A stretch of DNA of 64,000 nt from Octopus sinensis (GCF_006345805.1 NC_043012.1:40052001-40116000); one strand, 5' to 3'; shown: positions 11,967 to 24,289, counted from the first letter of the stretch. The notes: generated from the letters alone by a model not told the origin. Translations and numbers: made by a program.

Positions 11967-12889
11967 TGGGTGTGTGTGTGTGTGCATGCATCCGCACACA
12001 CAAGTGTTTGTGAATGCACTGCTATAAATGCTCACAGAGTCTGAAGTGAAATTTGTCACTGTGATTATTTGTGTGTCTGTGTGTATATATATTTTCTTTT
12101 GTAAGACTGAGCGCCTGTCTACGTATCTATATGTACACATACACACACACACATGTATGTATATAAACGTTCACCACCACCAAGACCAACCCAGCAACTC
12201 CTTAATGACCAACAACCGCAGCAACAATGGTATGAAAAAGATAAGCGACACCATCTAAAATAAAAGACAATCATATGAAATGATGTGGTACCCTAGTGTA
12301 TTTTAAAAGTTGAATGAAGTCTCTTTGATGTTAGGTCTGTTGGGAAAGACCTATGATTGATTTTAGGTCTATGAGACAAAACAGCTACAACAATACAATT
12401 AATAAGAATGATAAAGCAATTACCGCCAGTACCCCACCATTATTATCATCGCCAGAACCAATGCCGCCACCACTGGCAACCCACCAACTGTTGAAAATCT
12501 AACTGGCAGCAACAATAATAGCGTCAGCATAGTAGCAAAGTCTGTAGCTACATATGTTGTGTATCTACACAATGGTGTGTGTGTGTGTAAGGGAGAGAGA
12601 GTGATGTAGCATATAGCTTTTATTGCTCAAGTTAGAGGTGCAAGGGGTGAAATGGCCATGAACCTGGTAACCCTTCAGCTAACAGTAACCCTTATAGTAC
12701 TCCCTCCTACCTCACTTCTTCACCCTTTTGTCTTTGATCTTCTCATCTTCATTCTTACATCCATAGAAATATGACATCAACTTTTTGATCTCACAAAACA
12801 TTTCTTTCTCTGTGTTCAATTTTTTTTCCCTCAACGTATTTGTTACGGATAATTACCAAGTATGGCTACTGTTGGACTTACTTACCATT

Positions 12890-14350
12890 CCTGATGTCTG
12901 GAAAGAAACCATTCCCGATGGAACTGAAGGCAGAAGTGTTAAGAGAAACTATAAAGAGATTACACTGGATAGTTTACTCCCTCATTTAAAAGGACCTCAT
13001 GGAGGAGATAAAAATCACTCCAGCTGCCAAATATGCCTGCAATATGTAACCATAGCAACAAAAATAAATCAAGAAGCCACTCTGTTAACTTACATTTTTT
13101 TTCTATAGATAGATTTGATGTGATGCCTAAAAATGGAATGGTTCATGAGTATGCGCGGATCAAAGATCAGACTCAATGTAATGTGACACTTCTGCGAGAA
13201 AATGCTGCTGATGTTATGAAATTAAAGTCCCTAGTTGTGTATCGTTCTGAAAATGTCAGACCTAGCATACAGACCGTCATATAACTGGCTTGACATTGAC
13301 ATTTTATTCTTCTTTTCCATTTTAATTTGACATGTGCATTGCATTTTTATTCTTGACTTCCATTTTACGAATTCAGTGTGCACATGTCCATTGCATGTTC
13401 GTTCTTCCTTTTCCGGTTCCTACTCAAAACTCTTTACAGATCACAGTCATCTCAGGAACTGCATTCATGAGGAGTGCTTTGTGCTCCAATGGTTGAGAAA
13501 AATGAAGGCATAGATGACTAAAAGCCTTTTTTGAGTGATGGTTTATAAACATTTTTTTTATCCTCTTGTAGAAAACTTCAGTCCCAGAGATAATATTTTT
13601 TTGCAAAGCATTGCTCCTTTTAAACACCGTGCCAAGTCACTCGGCAAACTCAACACATAAAGTGCAATGGGCCACGTTCGTGGCCATCAGACACAGATCG
13701 ATAGGCCACGATTGTGGCCCAGGTAGATGCATTTAATTTATAGGCATTTGTTGGGGTCTAATGTCACTCAAATGCTCTGATACCCCCCAGAATGCAAGAG
13801 GACTAGTAGTTCAACTAATGACTTGCCACCCCTATATAAACTAAGAAGATATTTTAACTTTTTTTTTTTTATGTGTGCCTGGTAGTCTCATTTTTATAAA
13901 AATGTGCTCCACAATCCATGCTATGAAAATGCAAATCCCAGCACTTTAGGGGTCAAATGAGCCTTCCGATTATAAAAGAATAAAGCATATCCCCAACAAT
14001 ACAACTTCTTTGCTCCAGCCAAGAGATCAAGGTGTAATAGTTAACTTCGAGGTATGTTACTTGAGAAGAACATTCAAACAACTTATAAAATCAACTTAGA
14101 GTTGAGGATCAATTTATAATCAGTGACTACTGGAAGAAATTCAATGTAATGAAAGCTGTGGATATCATACCAGAGTCATGGGATGAAACAAAACCCTCAA
14201 TTTGAATGATGCTCAGGAAAATGTATGTCTAGGTTGCATGAATGGTTTGCAAGTTTTTCATGAACAGGTCAACATCAAATTTGGAAAAGATGTGTGTGGT
14301 TTGAAGAAGTGTCCCATAACGAGAGTTTATTGAATGAGAAGCTGATGTTG
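12890..14350 (+). pseudogene. Decayed pogo/Tigger-family transposase
   Basis: Frameshifted segments match Tigger motifs in order: KKPFPMELKAEVLR..KDLMEEIKITP (HTH_psq), MEWFMSM-IKDQTQCNV (CENP-B-type HTH), LLRENAADVMKLKSLVVYRSEN, KA*MTKSLF..ALLLLNTVPSH, PNNTTSLLQPRDQGVI..YLRRTF, YWKKFNVMKAVDIIPESWDE. Confidence 0.85.
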
Positions 14351-14369
14351 TTAGGGCAACAGCAGGCTA

Positions 14370-14563
14370 CAGGTGTAAATACAGAAATTCCATCAACTCC
14401 TCTTGAATTAAAAGGTTGGTACTTTTTGAGGAAGATCAGTAAGAATATTGTTTAAGAGTTGCTAGCATATTCTTGCAGTTCTTCCTCTACAAGTACCAAA
14501 CCTTTTGTAATATACTTTGCAGTCAATATTCCAGAGTTGGTGGAATTTCCATATTCGCATTTA
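14370..14563. mobile_element. Old palindromic MITE with TA flanks
   Basis: gaaattccatcaactc pairs with gagttggtggaatttc, and aaaaggttggtactt..aagaatat pairs with atattctt..aagtaccaaacctttt. Confidence 0.6.
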
Positions 14564-15075
14564 TAAATATATTTTATATTTTCAAAAATGTAATTCTAAT
14601 ATTTTTTTAGTTAACCTAAATAAAGTTGAAAGCAATTTACAAAAAAAGAATTTTCCTATGATTTGACTTAAGTTGATACAAAATTGTTTTGAAGTCCATA
14701 AATCATTGTTACTCTGAAATTTAATATAGGAAAGTTGTTATTATATTTACTGACAAACTGAACTGGTCTCATAAATTCTCTAAATGTGTTTTGAAACTGA
14801 TGACAGATATTACGTGAATGTTACTAAATGTTAAGGATTATCTGGCTGTATGTGTGTGCGTGTGAGTGAGTCTAGTTACAGACAGCTTCATGGGTAAATA
14901 ATAACAAGTTATAGACAGAATACATTGCAGTACATACGGGTTTTCAGTGAAAATGTATCTCTGTTGATGTCTCTGTCTCCCCAGTTTGGTTCCTGTGTGG
15001 AATATGCTCTGTAACTGAACAGAAGTCCACAAGTGGATATGAATTACTATGTTTTACATATATATATATATACAC

Positions 15076-15355
15076 AATGGTATTTTTATATAAGCTTAAA
15101 GCTTAAGGTGATCACCATGCAATGACTTAGGAAAATAGTCTAATAAAGGAGCACATAAACCCTCGACAGAAAAAAGAAGGATTTCCTGTAGGTAGCAAAC
15201 TTAGTCGCATTAGCAAAGGGATGAGGGTTTGTGTCCATGTGGATAGGAAAGGCTTCTTTTTGCTATCAGGGACTTATGTGCCCCTTTATTAGACTATTTT
15301 CCTTAGTCATTGCAAGGTGATTGCCATAAACTTTAAGATTTAAAAAAATACCATT
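15076..15355. repeat. Foldback element with ~105-bp arms
   Basis: aatggtattttt..ggaaaatagtctaataaagg.. mirrored by ..cctttattagactattttcc..aaaaataccatt. Confidence 0.8.
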
Positions 15356-15424
15356 ATTATTATTTACAGGATTGTAAAACACGGCACCGTTTATCAAAAC
15401 CATTCGCACCAAAAGCATATATAT

Positions 15425-15629
15425 ATGATAGACCGTTAGCTCCTACACGCATTTTTTTTCTCTCCTTGTTTCTCTCCTTGTTTCTTTTCTGTGTAGCTTT
15501 CTGTCGAAGAGCGTAGGCTCGAAACGTAAAAGACTTGTTCTATTTTTATTCCTGAGCGCCATACTAATACATTTGTTTGTTTGTACTCCACCTGCCTTCA
15601 TCTTTTGTTTATTTTCGTAAACCTTCCCG

Positions 15630-15635
<6 letters not shown>
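15425..15635 (+). mobile_element. Penelope-like terminal repeat fragment with a hammerhead-like motif at 15497-15532
   Basis: cttt-CTGTCGA-a-gagc[gtag]gctc-GAAAC-GTA-aaag, followed by a T-rich tail and (TA)n. Confidence 0.5.
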
Positions 15636-15662
<27 letters not shown>

Positions 15663-15904
15663 ATAGTTATGGCTGGTTTGTAGGGTTACCCTACCATAAA
15701 GAGCTTGCAAAGCCAATTGCTTTATGGATGTAAAATCCTGGGTAACCCTATGAACCAGACATAACTATCATTCAGTAAATACTTTACCATTCTAAAACTT
15801 AGAGTGTGCTTTTTTTTTTAGAATCATGATTTACTGATGTTATATTTACATATATATATGAGTATGTGTGTGTGTATATATGTATATATATATATATATA
15901 AAGG

Positions 15905-16080
15905 CAACAAGCTGGCAGAACCAGTAGCTTGCCAGACAAAATGTTTCGCAGTATTCTATCTGTCTTTGTTCTGAGCTCAAATGTCACCAAGATCGATTTG
16001 GCCTTTCATCCTTCAAGGGGGAGGGGGTTCAATAAAATACATACCAGTTAAATACGGGGGTTGACAGAAAGATAAGTATA
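15905..16080 (+). mobile_element. SINE-B copy
   Basis: gctggcagaa head, ctgagctcaaat B-box-like motif, gcctttcatcctt core. Confidence 0.65.
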
Positions 16081-16879
16081 ACCGTAGCAGGGATTGAACT
16101 CAGAACACAAAGCACGGAAACAAATATTGCAAGACAATACTCTAACAATGCTGTCAGTTGGTTGGGAAGTGGGGTGTCCAACCAAAGAAATCATACCAAA
16201 ACGGACTCTGGCGCTTGAAGCATACATCACGTGCATCAGATCCCGTCAGACTGTCCAGCATAGGAAAAGACATCAAATAATGATGATTTCATATATATAT
16301 ATACACACATACATGCACACACACATATATAGAGATGGATAGAATGATATAAATATATGTGTAGATACTTATATATATACACACACACAAACACACACAC
16401 ATATATATACATATATATACACACACATATATACACATATATATATATATATATAAATACATACATATACATACATATACATATATGTATATGCACATAT
16501 ATATATACATATGCATACACACACACTCAAAAGTTGTTGAATGAGATCAGATTAAAAGAATGAAATATGGAGGCTATTTAAAACCAGTGAACTAATCAAT
16601 CAATTATATTCACCTAGGTGTGGTGGTGGGGGGAGACAATAAATAATCAAATTTCATGAAGGCCTAAAATATATTTATTGAACTGAATAGAATTTAGTTT
16701 CTAATTTTATTGATTTAGTTCAAAAATAAAATCAAAGAACATTTCAAATTGTTATGTTGGCGCAGTTATCTCCCCTGGTAAAAAAAAAAAAATTTACTGT
16801 CCAGAAATTCAAAATAGCCAACGGCTTTGATTTCCTTTCTATTTTCATTTTCAAGTTTCTAATGTTGTTGTTGCTGTTG

Positions 16880-17078
16880 TTTAGGCAACAAATTGGCAGA
16901 ATCCTTTGCATGAGAGACGAAATGCTTCACAGCATTTCCTCCAGCCTTACATCCTGATTTCAAATTCTGCCAATGTCGACTTTGCCTTCTTATTTTTTCA
17001 GAGTTGGTGATGAAAGTACCAGTTGTGTACTGGGGCCAATGTCATTGACTTGCCCCCTCCACCAAAATTTCAGAAGGG

Positions 17079-17125
<47 letters not shown>

Positions 17126-17520
17126 GGCAGTGTTTTATCTGTCGTTATGTTCCGAGTTCAGATTCCACCAAGGTCAACTTTGCCTTTCATCCTTTCGGGT
17201 TCGATTAAATAAGTACCAGTTAAACACTGGGGTCGATGTAATCGACTTAATCCCTTTGTCTGTCCTTGTTTGTCCCCTCTATGTTTAGCCCCCTGCGGGC
17301 AATAAAGATATAAATTATTATTATCATCGTTATTATTTCTATTAAGGCGATATTTCACCTGTCATTATGTTCTGAGTTCAAATTCTGCCAAGGTCAACTT
17401 TGCCTTTCATTCTTTCAGGATCAATAAGTTAAGTACCAGCTGAGTACTGGGGTTAATGTAATCAACTATCCCCCTCACCCAAAGTTTCAGGCCTTGTGCC
17501 TTTAGTAGAAAAGAATATTA

Positions 17521-17563
<43 letters not shown>

Positions 17564-17745
17564 GGTGGTGAGCTGGCAGAATCGTTAGGACGTTGGACAA
17601 AATGCTCAGCAGTATTTCTTCCAAGACATTTCTTTCCGAGTTCAAATCCTTGCTTTCCATCCTTTCAAGTACCGGAGGCTAAGTGTAACTGACTTGCCCC
17701 TCCCCTCAAAATAACTAACCTTGATCCAAAATTTAAAATTTTTGT
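16880..17745 (+). mobile_element. Head-to-tail train of four SINE-B copies separated by (TTA)n tails
   Basis: Copies at ~16880-17075, 17125-17310, 17345-17515 and 17563-17745. Confidence 0.85.
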
Positions 17746-17759
17746 TATTGTTATTGTTG

Positions 17760-17965
17760 TTTAGCCAGAACTAAGCTCTGAATTGACTAACGTATGACCA
17801 AAGACAATCCTGCATGTGACCATCCCATCTTTATTTCAAGAAGTTTTATCTAGGACAATGTGAGCCAATTTGTCCTTCCTCCTTATTTTTTAAAAACAAT
17901 TAGCTGTCATTTCAGAGGGGTTTGGCTGCTATTTCTGAACGATCAAGCAATGACATAGATATTTT
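17760..17965 (+). repeat. Dispersed ~200-bp repeat family (also ~1086-1145, 6760-6975 -, 7040-7215, 37443-37600, 59950-60000)
   Basis: Shared motifs ttaaccccaggtc..tatgatcaaag..attccagccatgacc and tttggctgctatttct. Confidence 0.55.
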
Positions 17966-18489
17966 TTTCATTGTCTTGTAGTTAACATCAGAGGAACATC
18001 CGAGGAACGCAATGACCGTCTGGCCTTCCACCATCACAATCACTGTCTCATCATCATCATCATCACTATTACCAATATCGTCAACTGAATCATCATCATC
18101 GCCGTCATCATTGTTGTGATCTTCATCAGCATCACCATCATCATAACCACTTCCGTCATCAATACTATTAGTGTTATCTTCTTCATTGGCATCTTCATCA
18201 TCATCATCATCATCGTCGTCATCGTCATCATAGTTATCATCGTCATCATCGCAATAGTCATCATCATTATTAATATCATCATAGTTGTCATTGATATCAT
18301 CATCATCAAAATAAGCCATCATCATCATCATCATCATCATAGTTTTCCTTTTATTCATTTTCATATTTCTTTCATTCCTCTTTAGTCTTTATTCTTATTC
18401 CTCTTCACTTTTTTCTTTTCTTTCTTCTCACTCTTAATCATTCATTTTTTTCCTTTAATATTTGCTGCTTCTCTTTCTTCTTATTTTCT

Positions 18490-18641
18490 ACATATTCTTC
18501 TTCTTCTTCTTCTTCTTCTTCTTCTTCTTCTTCTTCTTCTTCTTTTCTTCTTCTTCTTATTATTATTATTATTATTATATTATTATTATATTATTATTAT
18601 TATCATTATCATTATTATTAACATTATCATTATCATTATTA

Positions 18642-18685
<44 letters not shown>

Positions 18686-18890
18686 TTATTATTATTAATA
18701 TTAGTATTCTTTCTTTTGTTCATATCCAAATGTTCCACCTCTTTTCCCTGTTGTTTTTGTTGTTAAATCATCATCATCATCATCAGCAGCAGCAGCAGCA
18801 GCATCAGCATCATCATCATTATTATTATTATTATTCTATATCCAAATGTTCCACTTCTTTTCCTTATTATCATCATCATCATCATTGCCT
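18490..18890. repeat. (TTC)n/(TAT)n/(CAT)n/(CAG)n compound microsatellite
   Basis: Direct inspection. Confidence 0.9.
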
Positions 18891-19079
18891 TCCTTCATAT
18901 TCCCCATCCTTCACCCCGCACTGACTCCAACCACCACGCCACCCTACATTCCACTACATAACCTCAGGAGGAAAAGTTAAACCCAAGTTTTTTGCGTTAA
19001 ATTGAATTAAACAGGTTGACCAGACATGTAAATTTATGGATAAACTAATGAATATTTGATTTCACAGCATGGAATATAC

Positions 19080-19886
19080 TGTGCGTGTTTGTATGCATAT
19101 GTGTCTGCGATTATGTATTCAAATCTGTAAATGGGTGTGTTTCTGTGTGTGTGTGCGTGTGTGTGTGTGTGAGCTTGTGTGTCTAATTCTGTATGTGTTT
19201 ATGTTTCTAATTATGTGCATGCGTGTGTGTGTGTGTCTGTAACTGTGTGTATCTGTATCTAATTCTCCGTATGTGTTTATGTATGAGCATGTATATGTAA
19301 TTCTGTATGTGTTTATGTTACTAATTATGTGTGCCTGTGTGTGTGTGTGTGTGCATCTGTATCTAATTCACTTTGAGTGTGTGTGTGTTTGTATGTCTTA
19401 TTCTGTATGTGTTTGTTTCTAATTATGTGTGTGTGTCTGTATCTAATTCTTTATTCGTGTGTGTGTGTGTGTGTGTGTCTGTATGTCTAATTCTGTTTGT
19501 TTCTAATTATGTGTGTATGTATATGTGTGTGTGTGTACATGTGTGTGTGTGTGTGATTCTGTTTGTGTGTGCTTGTTTGTCTATTTTTGGCTGTGTATGT
19601 GTTTTGCATGTCTGTGTGCATGTGTGTGTGTGTGTGTGTGTGTATCAGTGTCTGCCTGTGGGTGTCTGTGTGTGTATGTGTGTGTGAGATGTGGTTTTTT
19701 TGAGTGAAGATGTTTTTGCATGTTGTGCTTGCGTGTGTGAATGTGTGTGTTTGTCTTTTTCTGTGTGTGTGTGTGAGTGTAAAAGAGTGTGCACTTGCAT
19801 ATCTGCATGTGTCTGGCTGCTTTTTTCTGTCAATATGTATGTGTGCATATGTATTTATTATGTAAGTTGGTTTGTGAGCATGTATG

Positions 19887-19927
<41 letters not shown>

Positions 19928-19960
19928 GTGTGTGTGTGCATGCAGATTTGTTTGTTTTAA
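19080..19960. repeat. (TG)n-rich tract with recurring ctaattctgtatgtgttt units
   Basis: Direct inspection. Confidence 0.85.
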
Positions 19961-20740
19961 TGAAAATATTTCTGCAAATTTAATAAAGTAATTATATTCT
20001 TGTATATCATTATTAATATTATTATATTATTATTACTGTCATCATCACCATCAACTTGATGATGATGATGGCGACGATGACGATTATGATGTCACTGATG
20101 ATGATGGTGATGATATTGATGATGATGATGTTGATAATGATGATGATGTTGATGATGATGATTAAGTAACTCTGTTTTTGTTTCCTTTAAATCCAATTTT
20201 TGTTAATTTTCATTTTTTTAAAATTTATTTTTGCTGTTGTTGTTGATGTCATATTTTATTTTCTTCATATTTGCTTTATATTTAGTTGACTTTTATCTTT
20301 CTTTTTTTTTTTGCCTTTTTTTTTACTCTCTGAAATAAGAATTTAATTTTCACTCTTTGTTAAGAACGTTTGGGGTGAGGTGAAGAGGGAGGAGAGCGAA
20401 GTGTTCTGAGAGACCATTGGCTAAAGTATTAAAACTAACTTCATCTTGGAGAGTGTCTTTAGTTCAATCATCTTACAGACTTTCTCTTTCATTAGTTGTT
20501 TTATGTTTCTGTGCAAAAGACTTCCTTCTACATTGCCACAGTTCACCTTGGTACCAGGTGGGTGGTGCTTGGTTGTTTATTTTTTCATCTTTTTTTTTTT
20601 GGAGAATTTATATTTCCGACAGACTTACACACAATATCCAATTTATTTTGTTACTGAGAAGCCACACTGAAGCACCAACTCACTGGATGCAGTGAGGCAC
20701 TTACACACACACACACACTCATGTATGTGTATATATGTAT

Positions 20741-20781
<41 letters not shown>

Positions 20782-21304
20782 TGACGGGGGAGCTTATGTC
20801 ATTTTTTTTGTTGGATGGTTCTGATATTGTAAGAATATTTTGCACTTACATACATATATGCATATATATATACATACACACACACACACATATATATATA
20901 AACACATATATGCATACATACATATATATATGCATAGATACATACATACATGCATACATACATGCATATATATATACATGCATGCTTGCATACCTAAATA
21001 CATAAAAAATATATATATGATATGTATGTATATATATTTATGCTTGTTTATATATATATATATATATTTGTTTGTGTATATATATATATATATATATGGA
21101 TATATTTGTGTGTGTGTGTGTACATATATATAAACACACATAAATACATATATGCATGCTTACATTTATGCATACATACATGCACACAACTAAATGCATC
21201 TAAGGTGAAATCCACAATCTTCATTTCCAAAGTTGATCCTGGAACAAAGGTTGTGCGGCAGCTCACCATTGCCATTAATAAAATGCAATTAAATAGAAAG
21301 CCAG

Positions 21305-21342
<38 letters not shown>

Positions 21343-21504
21343 TATGCATCAGCATACTCGTATTTGAAAGAGTAAGAAAGAGATGGAGAGTGAGATTAGC
21401 AGAGGTGGTGGGAGTAAAAAAGAATAATTACATAACAAAGTTTACCTGATTGACTCTACTCTCACACTTTAAGTTACATTTTCCTTCACTCTCTCTACTC
21501 CTCG

Positions 21505-21538
<34 letters not shown>

Positions 21539-22119
21539 ATTTTTCTCATTTGATTATTCTTACTTCTACCATCGGATAAGCTCTCTCCACATCTCTTTAT
21601 CTCAGCCAATGTCACTGTTTAATCTTAGTCTTTCACACAAATGTTTATATAATTTATTCTAAACACCATCAGTTTTGATGGGTACTACACTATTTATCTT
21701 ATATTTATCTTCTTGATATCGTTATGCTGCGAAGATCAAAGGAAACTCCAATCAATTACACCGATGATCAATGATGTTCCATCTGTGACTACCACAATGT
21801 TTTCCTGGTCAGAAATGGTGTATCTAGGATTATATTAACTAAAATGTTCTTCCTATTTTAAAAGGATAAATTATACAGTAAGATTTGGCTGCTATTTCTA
21901 ACAGAAGAAACTACCTTCATCATTATGTTTCACTTTTTAAATAGAAGAGGAGAATTCCGACTGAAGTACCGGAAAAAAATGTGTAGCTGTGTCCAACACT
22001 GTGTTGTGCCCTTATCCAGGACCTTTAACTAGCAAAAGCTCAGTCTACATAGCTGCTAGTAGGTCACTACAAGATGTCTACCATACATATTACATCAGTC
22101 ATTCATATTCTTTTCTCCT

Positions 22120-22320
22120 CTAGGCACAAGGCCCAAAATTTTGGGGGAAGGAGCAAGTTGATTACATTGACCCTACTACGCAACTGGTACTTAATTTATC
22201 AACCCCAAAAGGATGAAAGGCAAAGTTGACCTCAGCAGAATTTGAACCCAGAACATAAAGACAGACGAAATACTGCTAAGCATTTTGCCTGGCCTGCTAA
22301 CAGTTCTGCCAGCTCACCAC
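22120..22320 (-). mobile_element. SINE-B copy
   Basis: Reverse-complement core ggtacttaatttatcaaccccaaaaggatgaaaggcaaagttgacc. Confidence 0.8.
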
Positions 22321-22440
22321 CTTATCTATCATACATATTGCACCACTGTCAGCAGGGGCAGCATGATAAACCTGACCAGTGTTCCATGGCTGGCAGGACT
22401 CAATTGAATTACCTCCCAGAATATAGGGTTTCTTGCTCTG

Positions 22441-22850
22441 TTGTTTACTCTTTTACTTGTTTCAGTCATTTGACTGTGGTCACGCTGGAGCACCGCCTTT
22501 AGTCAAGCAAATCGACCCCAAGACTTATTCTTTGTAAGCCTAATACTTATTCTATCAGTCTCTTTTGCCGAACTGCTAAGTTATGGGGATGTAAACACAC
22601 CAGCATCGGTTGTCAAGCGATGTTGAGGAGACAAACAGACACACAAACACATACACACACAAACATACATATATATATGCATATATACGATGGGCTTCTG
22701 TCAGTTTCCATCTACCAAATCCACTCACAAGGCTTTGGTTGGCCTGAGGCTATAGTAGAAGACACTTGCCCAAGGTACCACGAAGTGGGACTGAACCCGG
22801 AACCATGCGGTTCGTAAGCAAGCTACTTACCACACAGCCACTCCTACACC
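22441..22850 (-). mobile_element. SINE-A copy
   Basis: Full reverse-complement copy. Confidence 0.85.
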
Positions 22851-23139
22851 TATTTGCAAATAAATACTGATAAAACCTATCAATGGATATGTCTCCCATT
22901 AAAATATCCTGCCTTTGACCCTGTCTTTGATATTGCTTCAATAAATGAAATGGCACCATTATTCCATTCAGCATCATGTGGCTGTAAAAGAGACACCATG
23001 TAAGCAGTGGGAGTACTCTGTAATGGATGGAAGTTTTCATTGGTTGTTGAGTTTTATCCAGAAGAGTATCATTGGTGAAACACTTTTGTAAATTAAACAG
23101 CTGCAGCATCCAGGATAATATTTGTCTCCTACACACATC

Positions 23140-23345
23140 ATCATCATCATCATCATCATCATTTAATGTCCATTTTCCATGCTGGCATGGGTTCGATGGT
23201 TTGACAGCAACTGACAAGCCAGGGAGCAGCACCAGTCTCTATGGCTGGATGCCCTTCCTAATGCCAACCACTTTACAGAGTGTTCTGGGTGCCTTATACA
23301 TGGTTCCAGCACAGGTGTTTTATACATGGCACCAGCACCTAAACA
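23140..23345 (-). mobile_element. RTE-family 3' UTR element (other short copies at ~10540-10680, 30810-30945, 45860-46070, 55905-56020, 57025-57100, 61500-61650)
   Basis: Shared tail (gtccattttccatgctggcatgg after a (CAT)n run) and ctggatgcccttcctaatgccaacc core. Confidence 0.7.
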
Positions 23346-23351
23346 GAAATT

Positions 23352-23665
23352 GTAATATATTATTAACCATCTTCTCTTCCCATGATTCCTAGGGAGGTAC
23401 ACTCAAGTACCTCTGCCTATCAGAAGCAACATCGTTACTGTTTTCAACTGGGTTTCCAAGCAGGACCCACTAAGATCTATGGATATTATCCGAATCTCTT
23501 GCTCTTGATCTCCAACAATCTGGTTTGGCTTGGAAAATACATCTTGGGATTCTTTCTTGTGTCATTCTAATGACAAGCAACCAAAATAGGATTCTTCCAA
23601 AATATCTCTGGAATAAAGTTACGGAGATCAGGAAGTCTCTTCAGGTTGAGCCACTGCTTCTCCGC
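23352..23665 (-). mobile_element. RTE/Expander-type LINE 3' fragment with an inverted 5' segment
   Basis: Minus strand 23592 to 23352: VIRMTQERIPRCIFQAKP..VASDRQ. Plus strand 23593-23665: ISGIKL..EIRKSLQVEPLLLR, which normally precedes it. Confidence 0.7.
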
Positions 23666-24109
23666 AATCATTCAGAGATCACAGCTCTGATACTATCAGA
23701 CATAAATTAACTTATGGTATTCATTGTAGCTGCAAAATGGCAACATTCCATTCTACACAAAAAACAACACTTTATCTACACTAAAAGTACACTCCTTTTA
23801 ACACACAGTCTTTTCCACTAAAATCTACATTGCCATTTTTAAAAACAATTTTTCCAACCCAGCTTTAAAAAAGAAAATCAATAAAATGGTGAAACAGTAG
23901 AATTAACAACAACAACAAGGTGCACACACAGGAATAACAAACACAACAACATCAACAACAATAATATATATATACACACACATATACATTTTTCCATTTT
24001 GTTCTAGGGTTGTTTCTTCTGTTTTTGTGTTCACAAATTTTACTATTTTGTGCATGTGTGCACACACGTGTATGAGAATTTGTATATATATATATGTATG
24101 CACACAGGT

Positions 24110-24289
24110 GTGTTATGTATGTAAATCTTCATAGATGTTAAGATATACATATACTGAACTGTGTGTGTATATATGTGTATATATATATATATGTCTATAG
24201 TGATCCAGCATGATCAAAGCTCTTGAGCTAGAACTAGTAAAACAAAAGAATACGTCTGTGCATATATATGTGTGTGTATGTGTGTGTAA

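Noticed and set aside
12876-13038. Minus-strand exon-like segment with a GTAAGT donor (IFGSWSDF..)
   Set aside because: Stops in every frame; the region is better explained as the plus-strand Tigger N-terminus.
14428-14452. Resemblance of ggaagatcagtaagaatattg to miR-7
   Set aside because: The seed differs (GGAAGAU versus GGAAGAC) and the 3' half does not match.
17912-18385. Asp-rich 150-aa ORF and poly-Met/Ile ORFs (also 7259-7652)
   Set aside because: Degenerate (GAT/CAT)n tract, open in several frames, with no splice support.
22870-23040. Tudor-like phrase LQPHDAEWNNGAISF on the minus strand
   Set aside because: Flanked by stops, no convincing donor, and the similarity is too short.
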